Of a stretch of DNA of 64,000 nucleotides, positions 57,465 through 64,000 are shown piece after piece. This DNA comes from an uncultured Candidatus Saccharibacteria bacterium (GTDB lineage: Bacteria; Patescibacteriota; Saccharimonadia; Saccharimonadales; Saccharimonadaceae). The notes beneath the pieces are model-generated. The model worked only from the letters and a program-made list of their open reading frames with translations, was not told the DNA's origin and searched no databases. The stretch is from positions 2,049 through 66,048 of the forward strand of contig CALISG010000022.1 of assembly GCA_938042065.1 (NCBI GenBank), given 5' to 3'. The first letter of the stretch is position 1; each line of letters begins with the position of its first letter. A program made the translations under genes and the position numbers.

Positions 57465-57902
57465 TTACTTAACCTCTACTTTCTCTGGTTTCTGAGCTGC
57501 GTGGTCATGCTCGGCGCCCGGGAAGACACGCAGGCGAGCCATACGATCGGCTGCGAGTTTATTCTTGGGCAGCATACCTTTGACGGCGTGCTCAACGATA
57601 CTTGCCGGGCTTTTGGCGCGGAGATCTTTGAGCTGGGCTTCTTTCAAACCGCCTGGGAAACCGCTGTAGCTGTAGTATATTTTGTCAGTTTCTTTATCAC
57701 CAGTCACGACAAGTTCGCTAGCGTTAACGACGACAACGTAATCGCCGTTGTCAACGTGCGGCGTGTAAGTTGGCTTGTATTTACCAGTGAGGTAGCTAGC
57801 GATCACGGTCGATAATCGGCCCAGGCTAGCGTCGCGGGCGTCAATCAGTATCCAGCGGCGAGCAATGTCGGCAGGCTTCTGTGAAAAGGTTTTTCCAGCC
57901 AT
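57465..57902 (-). CDS. rplM: 50S ribosomal protein L13
   Basis: LGRL, YTPHVDNGD, GMLPK. Confidence 0.97.
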   Translation of the reverse strand: MAGKTFSQKPADIARRWILIDARDASLGRLSTVIASYLTGKYKPTYTPHVDNGDYVVVVNASELVVTGDKETDKIYYSYSGFPGGLKEAQLKDLRAKSPASIVEHAVKGMLPKNKLAADRMARLRVFPGAEHDHAAQKPEKVEVK

Positions 57903-58297
57903 TACTTAGCCTCCTTTGCTGCTTTTGGCATTGGTTTGAGTTCGTCGACGAATTCAACGATTGCCATTTGAGCGCCATCGCCAACGCGCAGCCGAGTGCG
58001 CTCGACGCGAACGTGCCCGCTAGTGCGGCCAGTTAGCTGCGGCGCGATTTGGTCGACGAGCTTGACGGCGGCAACTTGCGTACTGAGTCCAGCGATGACC
58101 GCCCGGCGGTTGGCTAGGTTGCCTTTTTTGGCTTTGGTGATTAGTTTTTCGATATAACGTACGAGCTCTTTGGCTTTGGGAAAAGTCGTCTCAATGCTTT
58201 CTTCCATAACCAAGCTCGTCGCTAGACCTTTCAGGAGCGCTCGCCGTTGGTCGCGTTGGCGGCCGAGCTTGCGTCCTCTGTATCCATGTCGATGCAT
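57902..58297 (-). CDS. rplQ: 50S ribosomal protein L17
   Basis: RH..RKLGR, TT.PKAKE, GDGA. Confidence 0.96.
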   Translation of the reverse strand: MHRHGYRGRKLGRQRDQRRALLKGLATSLVMEESIETTFPKAKELVRYIEKLITKAKKGNLANRRAVIAGLSTQVAAVKLVDQIAPQLTGRTSGHVRVERTRLRVGDGAQMAIVEFVDELKPMPKAAKEAK

Positions 58298-59221
58298 TTA
58301 GAGCTCCAATTCTGCTAGTTTATCTTTTACTTCGTCAAGCGCCTTGCTGCCGAAACCCTTAAGTTCGCGCAAGTCTTGCTCGTTGAGCGTGACTAAATCG
58401 TGAACGGTGCGAATTTCGTTATTGACTAAGGCATTGGCGGTGCGAGCACTCAGGCCTAGGTCTTCGATTGAGGCGTTCAAGCCGTCGTCTTCGTCTTCGT
58501 CTTCGGTGCCAAGCGCTGGTGCAGACGCGACAGTAGTGCTGCCAGCCAGAGCTGTGTACTGATTGACGAGAATAGCGGCAGCTTCTTCGAAGGCTTCGCG
58601 CGGCGTCAGACTGCCGTCGGTTTCGATGGTCATCTCGAGCTTATCGAGGTTAGTCTCTTGACCGATACGAGTCGGGTCGACCTTGAAGCGAACACGAGTA
58701 ACCGGGCTGAACATAGCGTCGATCGCAATCATGTCGCTATGCAGGCGTTTTTCGCTAGATTCTTCAATAGGCTGGTAACCGCGACCTGATTCAACTACCA
58801 AATCGATGATAACTGTCTTGTTTGGATCGTCAACGTGGCAAATCACGTGGTCAGGATTCATCACCTCGACATCAGCACTAGTTGCGATATCGCCGGCAGT
58901 AATGATGTCGGCGCCAGCTTTCTCGAGGCGCAGCTCGACTGGCTCATCGGTGGCAATACGGAAGTTGACGCCTTTGAGATTCAAAGTGATATCGACGACA
59001 TCCTCTTGAATACCAGGAACAGTCGTGAATTCGTGCGTGGCACCTTCGATTCGGAAAGCGACAATCGCGCCGCCGCGGATGCTGGAGAGCAATACGCGGC
59101 GCAGGCTGTTGCCGAGCGTGTTGCCGTAATTAAAGTGCAGCGGCTCAATAACAAACGTACTTGAGTTCTCGCTGTTATCGATAATCTTGGCGAGCGCTGG
59201 GTTGTGAATAACTTTAGACAT
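58298..59221 (-). CDS. rpoA: RNA polymerase alpha subunit
   Basis: GNTLGNSLRRVLLSSI, HEF, DAMFSPV, alpha-CTD. Confidence 0.97.
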   Translation of the reverse strand: MSKVIHNPALAKIIDNSENSSTFVIEPLHFNYGNTLGNSLRRVLLSSIRGGAIVAFRIEGATHEFTTVPGIQEDVVDITLNLKGVNFRIATDEPVELRLEKAGADIITAGDIATSADVEVMNPDHVICHVDDPNKTVIIDLVVESGRGYQPIEESSEKRLHSDMIAIDAMFSPVTRVRFKVDPTRIGQETNLDKLEMTIETDGSLTPREAFEEAAAILVNQYTALAGSTTVASAPALGTEDEDEDDGLNASIEDLGLSARTANALVNNEIRTVHDLVTLNEQDLRELKGFGSKALDEVKDKLAELEL

Positions 59222-59240
59222 TTTAATCTTTCCTCCCTTT

Positions 59241-59858
59241 TTAACGTGAGTAGTACTCAACAATTAGCTGCTCGTTGATGCCCGCTTCGGCCTCTTCGCG
59301 CTTTGGTTCACTAGTAATTTCGATCTTTAGCTTTTTGATATCTCCCTTTAGCCAGCTAAGCGGCGCCTGAGTGGTATTGCCAAAGATATCGTTGATCGCT
59401 GTAAAGTAGCCAGATTTGGTACTCTTCGGGCGAACAGTAATTACGTCGCCGGCCTTGACGCGAATCGATGGAATGTCGACGCGGCGGCCATTGAGCTCGA
59501 AATGCCCGTGGCTAACCAGCTGGCGAGCCTGGCGGCGGCTAGTAGCAAAACCAGCACGGTAAACTGCGTTGTCGAGACGCAACTCTAGGAAGCGCAGCAA
59601 ATTTTCGCCGCTAAGACCTGGTTTGCGAGTCGCTTCGTTCATCAGCTTAGCAAATTGCTTTTCCAGCAGGCCGTACATGCGCCGGACTTTCTGCTTTTCG
59701 CGCAGCTGCTGAGAGTACATGCTCTGCTTACCTTGGCGGCCATGAGCGTGCTCGCCCGGGATACCGCTTTTGCGCGCGAGGATTTTGTGCGCTTTAGGAT
59801 GCAGCGCAACTCCTTCGCGGCGGCTCTGTTTGACGATTGGGCTAGTGTCTCGTGCCAT
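59241..59858 (-). CDS. rpsD: 30S ribosomal protein S4
   Basis: LREKQK, LELRLDN, ARQLVSHGH, IVEYYSR. Confidence 0.97.
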   Translation of the reverse strand: MARDTSPIVKQSRREGVALHPKAHKILARKSGIPGEHAHGRQGKQSMYSQQLREKQKVRRMYGLLEKQFAKLMNEATRKPGLSGENLLRFLELRLDNAVYRAGFATSRRQARQLVSHGHFELNGRRVDIPSIRVKAGDVITVRPKSTKSGYFTAINDIFGNTTQAPLSWLKGDIKKLKIEITSEPKREEAEAGINEQLIVEYYSR

Positions 59859-60244
59859 TACGCTCTCCTTGCCTTTCGCGGACGAACACCGCCGTGCGGC
59901 ACGCCCGTTACGTCTTTAATACTGTTGATTGAAATGTCAAAGCTGCTTATGGCGCGGATTGCCGCGTCGCGGCCTAGGCCGACGCCTTTGACAAAGACGT
60001 CAACTGTGCGCAAACCATAGGTTGATTTAGCAGCTTCGGCGGCCTTTTCAGCAGCAATTTGCGCTGCATAGGCGGTACCTTTTTTGCTGCCGCGGAAACC
60101 GCAAGCGCCAGCACTGGCGGCGGTCAACGCGTTGCCTTTGCTGTCGGCAAAGGTGATAATCGTGTTATTGAATGTCGCTTGGACATGCAGCTGGCCGGTC
60201 GGGACTGATCGGCGCTGCTTCTTTTTTGATTTAGCTTCTGCCAT
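59858..60244 (-). CDS. rpsK: 30S ribosomal protein S11
   Basis: ATFNNTI, DVTGVPHGG. Confidence 0.97.
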   Translation of the reverse strand: MAEAKSKKKQRRSVPTGQLHVQATFNNTIITFADSKGNALTAASAGACGFRGSKKGTAYAAQIAAEKAAEAAKSTYGLRTVDVFVKGVGLGRDAAIRAISSFDISINSIKDVTGVPHGGVRPRKARRA

Positions 60245-60262
60245 TATTTAAGTCCTTCCTTA

Positions 60263-60649
60263 TCAAGTCTTGCTTGCTGCTTTTGGCTGCGTGCCGCCGA
60301 CGGCGATTGCTTTGCCTTTGCGGGTTCGCGCATTGGTGCGAGTTCGCTGGCCGCGTGTCGGCAAACCGTTTTTGTGCCTTAGGCCGCGGTAAGAACCGAT
60401 GTCCTTTAAGCGTTTGATATTGTTGGTCACCAGGCGCTGCAGATCGCCTTCGGTGACATAATCTTTGTCGATAATGTCGCGAAGCTTCTGCTCTTCAGCC
60501 TCGGTGAGATCTTTCACCCGAGTGGTCGGCTTGATTTTAGCCGCCGCAAGGATGTCTCGAGAGTACTTCGGCCCAATACCATAGATATAGGTAAGGGCGA
60601 TTTGTACCTGCTTGTCACTTGGGATAACTACCCCAGCAATTCGAGCCAT
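60263..60649 (-). CDS. rpsM: 30S ribosomal protein S13
   Basis: [26 protein letters not shown]. Confidence 0.97.
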   Translation of the reverse strand: MARIAGVVIPSDKQVQIALTYIYGIGPKYSRDILAAAKIKPTTRVKDLTEAEEQKLRDIIDKDYVTEGDLQRLVTNNIKRLKDIGSYRGLRHKNGLPTRGQRTRTNARTRKGKAIAVGGTQPKAASKT

Positions 60650-60651
60650 GC

Positions 60652-60768
60652 TTAACCCTGCCTTTGCTTGTGCTTAGGGTTTTTCTTGTTGATAACGTAG
60701 AGACGGCCTCTGCGGCGAACAAACTGATCCCCCGGACCCCTCTTCTTGACACTCGGTTTAACTTTCAT
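60652..60768 (-). CDS. rpmJ: 50S ribosomal protein L36 (Cys-free), missing from the ORF track
   Basis: [38 protein letters not shown]. Confidence 0.95.
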   Translation of the reverse strand: MKVKPSVKKRGPGDQFVRRRGRLYVINKKNPKHKQRQG

Positions 60769-60841
60769 GAGCGTACAACTTTCTACAGGAAAAACCTGTT
60801 TTTAATGAGAGATGCTTGATATCAGGAGCAGCTCTGCGTTA

Positions 60842-61066
60842 TTAATCGCGTGCGCGGAAGACGATTCTACCCTTCGTGAGATCGTAAGGGCTCAACTCGA
60901 CTTCTACGTTATCGCCTGGGACCAAGCGGATGTAGTGCTTGCGCATCTTGCCGCTGATATAAGCGATAATTGTTAGGCTGTTCTCTAGTTCGACAACAAA
61001 TTGAGTATTAGGCAGTGCTTCCACTACCTTGCCGCGCAATTTGATGACTTCCTTTTGACTCGCCAT
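60842..61066 (-). CDS. infA: Translation initiation factor IF-1
   Basis: [21 protein letters not shown]. Confidence 0.97.
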   Translation of the reverse strand: MASQKEVIKLRGKVVEALPNTQFVVELENSLTIIAYISGKMRKHYIRLVPGDNVEVELSPYDLTKGRIVFRARD

Positions 61067-61287
61067 AGATATACAGCTAACCATTATAGCGTATTTTACA
61101 TCATTTGTAAATGCATTTTGGCGATTTTGTAAACTATAATTTCGAAAAAGATAGGGCCCAGTCCCAGCCAGGAACTTATATAGTTCAACCAACCGGGACC
61201 GGGGCTTTAAATCCTCTCTATTTTCAGGAAAGAGAGGATTATACGGATATATTATGATGCAGGTATATTCAAAATGCAAATTGCAGA

Positions 61288-62763
61288 TTATACTGCTCGG
61301 CGCAGGCGCAGGAGTTTGCGCCGATTTTTCTTTGTTTGGCCGTCGTCGAGGTCGTCAATACTGAAGTCGTCGTAGGTTACCATCAGAGCGCGCGAATTGA
61401 TTTGCCGCAGCGTCTCGAGGCCGACAGTCACTACAATCAGTAGTCCGGTACCGCCAATCGACAAGTTCGAAACGTTAAGTCCGAGCTGCGCAAAGATATA
61501 GTCAATGGCGAACGGCATGATAGCAATAATGCCAAGAGCGATTGAGCCAAACAAAATCAAGCGGTTAACGGTGCGCGTCAAATACTCTTCGGTTTGAGTG
61601 CCTGGCCGAATGCCGGCGATGAAGCCGCCTTGCTTTTGCAGATTTTCGGAAATTTCGTTAGCGTTAAAGACGATACCTGTGTAGAAATAAGTGAAGGCGA
61701 TAACCAGCACAAAGTACAAAATTGGATAAATCGCTACCGTCCAGTCGCCGTTGCTGAAGCTAGCTGCCGTTGGCGTTTGGAACCACTTGATTAGGTTGTT
61801 GGCGATAGTGTGGTTGGCGCCAGGCATAGCGCGCATAACTTGGCCGACAAATGCTGGCAAGCTGAGGAAAGCCACCGCGAAAATCACTGGAATAACACCA
61901 GCAGCGATCAGCTTAATTGGCAAAATGCTTTTGACGCCGCCATAGCTAGTGTTGCCAGCGACGCGCTTAGCGTAATTGATGGTAATGACGCGCTGCGCTT
62001 CGTTGATCTTGACCAAGAAGTATAGCAATACCAAACCGACCGTACCGAGAATTAGCAGTAGCCAGAACGTTGTTGGATCGACTGGTACATCAAACCAGCC
62101 AAAGATGCTAAGTTTGCCCTTGGTGGTGCTTAATAGCGAGTTAATTAGCGTACCAAAAGTATTTGGCAGCTGGCTAACAATACCAGCGAAGATGATAAGC
62201 GAAATGCCATTGCCGATTCCCTGTTCGGTGATCAGCTCGCCGATCCACATCAGCAGGATTGAGCCGGCAGTCATAGCGGTTACCGAAATTGCCCACTGCC
62301 AAATCGAGGTGCCAGTGGTGCCGGTTGACGAATTCGCCAGGACGGATTGCTGTAGGATGTAAACAAAAGCGATAGATTGAACGATAGCTAGCGGCACGGT
62401 AACGACGCGTGTCCACTGGTTGATCTTGCGGCGGCCTGATTCGCCGTCATTGTGCAGCTCTTCTAGCTTCGGGATTGCTTTGGTGAGTAGCTGTGTGATG
62501 ATGCTGGCAGTGATAAATGGACTCATGCCGACCAGAACAATACTAATCTGGCTGAGCGCGCCGCCGCTCATGAGATTAAGAAATCCGCCAAAGTCGCTGC
62601 TGCCAATAACGCTTTGGATGACGGTGCGCAGCTCGGTTGGATTAGCCAGCGGCACTGGTACGTGCGCCATGAAGCGAAACGCTACAATTAGCCCGAAGAC
62701 GATTAGCAAGCGCTTTTGCATATCTTTATTTTTCAGTGAGCGGAAAATTATTCTCCAATTCAT
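61288..62763 (-). CDS. secY: Preprotein translocase SecY
   Basis: [37 protein letters not shown]. Confidence 0.97.
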   Translation of the reverse strand: MNWRIIFRSLKNKDMQKRLLIVFGLIVAFRFMAHVPVPLANPTELRTVIQSVIGSSDFGGFLNLMSGGALSQISIVLVGMSPFITASIITQLLTKAIPKLEELHNDGESGRRKINQWTRVVTVPLAIVQSIAFVYILQQSVLANSSTGTTGTSIWQWAISVTAMTAGSILLMWIGELITEQGIGNGISLIIFAGIVSQLPNTFGTLINSLLSTTKGKLSIFGWFDVPVDPTTFWLLLILGTVGLVLLYFLVKINEAQRVITINYAKRVAGNTSYGGVKSILPIKLIAAGVIPVIFAVAFLSLPAFVGQVMRAMPGANHTIANNLIKWFQTPTAASFSNGDWTVAIYPILYFVLVIAFTYFYTGIVFNANEISENLQKQGGFIAGIRPGTQTEEYLTRTVNRLILFGSIALGIIAIMPFAIDYIFAQLGLNVSNLSIGGTGLLIVVTVGLETLRQINSRALMVTYDDFSIDDLDDGQTKKNRRKLLRLRRAV

Positions 62764-62902
62764 TACCTAGCCCCTCTAGCTACTAACAATTCATTAACTT
62801 ATCACAGTATACAGTATTGAGCTAATAATAGCAAAACGCCCTCCGTAGAGAGCGTTTCGTTGTGAGATTGCAAGCTGCCGCGAGCTATCTTATTCGGCTG
62901 GG

Positions 62903-63388
62903 CTAGGCAGCTCTGTCGTCTGCTTCGGCTTGCTTGGCAGATTTTGGCAGCGGTGGTACGGCAGCTTTTTCAAAAGCGCCGCCGGCTTTCTCTAGCATAG
63001 CGACCACGCTTTGCGATGCGCCCTGCGTTTGCAGAGTAATCTTGGCGGTCAAGTCGCCGCGGGCAATCACCTTGACGTTGTGAAACGGCGTAGTTATTAG
63101 GCCGGCTTCGTATAGCGTAAAGTTGTCGACGTTGCCTTTCAAATCATTCAAGCGGTCGCTATACACCACTTGAGCTGGTATGCGCAAGCTTTTGAAGCCG
63201 CGCGCCTTTGGAATAGCGGTAACAATGCCGTTCTGGCCGCCCTGGAATGTGCTGCGAAGCTTTTTGCCAGTGCGAGCATTTTGACCTTTGGTACCGCGGC
63301 CAGCGGTTTTGCCGCCGCCAGCAGCGATACCGCGACCAACACGCTTGCGGTCTTTATTCGCCGAAACTTGGAGCTGATTGTACTTCAT
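62903..63388 (-). CDS. rplO: 50S ribosomal protein L15
   Basis: RVGRG..GKTAGRGTKGQ. Confidence 0.96.
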   Translation of the reverse strand: MKYNQLQVSANKDRKRVGRGIAAGGGKTAGRGTKGQNARTGKKLRSTFQGGQNGIVTAIPKARGFKSLRIPAQVVYSDRLNDLKGNVDNFTLYEAGLITTPFHNVKVIARGDLTAKITLQTQGASQSVVAMLEKAGGAFEKAAVPPLPKSAKQAEADDRAA

Positions 63389-63389
63389 A

Positions 63390-63998
63390 TTAATTCTCCT
63401 CCTTGGCGGCTACCTTTGCTTTTTCGGCTTTTTTCTCAGCGCCAACCCACTTTTCGCGCGGAACTAAGCCAGCCAGCGCTTCGACAGTTGCGTAAGCAAT
63501 ATTGACTTTGTTGGTACTACCTAAGCTCTTAGACAGCAGGTTGCGGATACCAGTCACGCCGATAACTGCGCGCACTACGCCGCCGGCAATAATACCGGTA
63601 CCCGGCGCTGCTGGCTTGATGAGGACGCGGGCGCCGCTAAGCTTGACTTCCATATCGTGCGGAATGGTTTCGTTGACTACTGGGATAGTAACCAGGTGTT
63701 TCTTGGCGATAGCCGTAGCCTTGGCAATGGCTGCCTGGACATCAGCTCCTTTGGCTACGCCGACGCCGACCTTGTTCTTGCGATTACCGACGACGACTAG
63801 CGCTTTGAAACGGAAGCGGCGGCCGCCCTTGACGACACGCGCCACGCGGTCGATATTGATTACTACTTCTTCGAATTCTTTAGGCGCGTCATCGCGCTGG
63901 TTGCGCCGGTCATCGCGGCGACCGCCTCGACCTTGACGGCGGCTGCGCGGGGCGCGTTTGTCGTCTCGGGGCGTGGTTTGTTCTTTGGCTTCGGCCAT
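63390..63998 (-). CDS. rpsE: 30S ribosomal protein S5
   Basis: RVVKGGRRFRF, PAAPGTGIIAGG. Confidence 0.97.
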   Translation of the reverse strand: MAEAKEQTTPRDDKRAPRSRRQGRGGRRDDRRNQRDDAPKEFEEVVINIDRVARVVKGGRRFRFKALVVVGNRKNKVGVGVAKGADVQAAIAKATAIAKKHLVTIPVVNETIPHDMEVKLSGARVLIKPAAPGTGIIAGGVVRAVIGVTGIRNLLSKSLGSTNKVNIAYATVEALAGLVPREKWVGAEKKAEKAKVAAKEEN

Positions 63999-64000
63999 TT

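Overview
A 64-kb chromosomal segment, most likely from a Candidate Phyla Radiation bacterium of the Saccharibacteria (TM7) type. Evidence: no rpmD between rpsE and rplO, Cys-free L33 and L36, rplQ fused directly to the rplM-rpsI unit, a sortase with an LPXTG substrate, and many starts that look leaderless. Bases 1-12.2 kb are accessory. They carry a hisG-hisE / histidine-racemase (CntK-like) / GNAT operon converging on a VanX-like D,D-dipeptidase that sits behind an apparently histidine-specific T-box riboswitch, followed by a HEPN protein. An 8.1-kb element follows (type III R-M plus a decayed large serine recombinase), integrated at the 3' end of tRNA-Glu. Its att core lies inside the recombinase reading frame. 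The recombinase also contains a 36-bp duplication around a 30-bp insert, which resembles an off-target CRISPR spacer integration. The rest is mostly core genome: two-component genes, gltX, sortase, xth, glycosyltransferases, smpB, ABC-F, secE-nusG-rplK, a glycogen cluster, holB, trpS (with a Trp leader-peptide attenuator), and the spc/alpha ribosomal protein operons. The window has seven tRNAs. All calls come from motif recognition and hand base-pairing; no database search or folding program was run.
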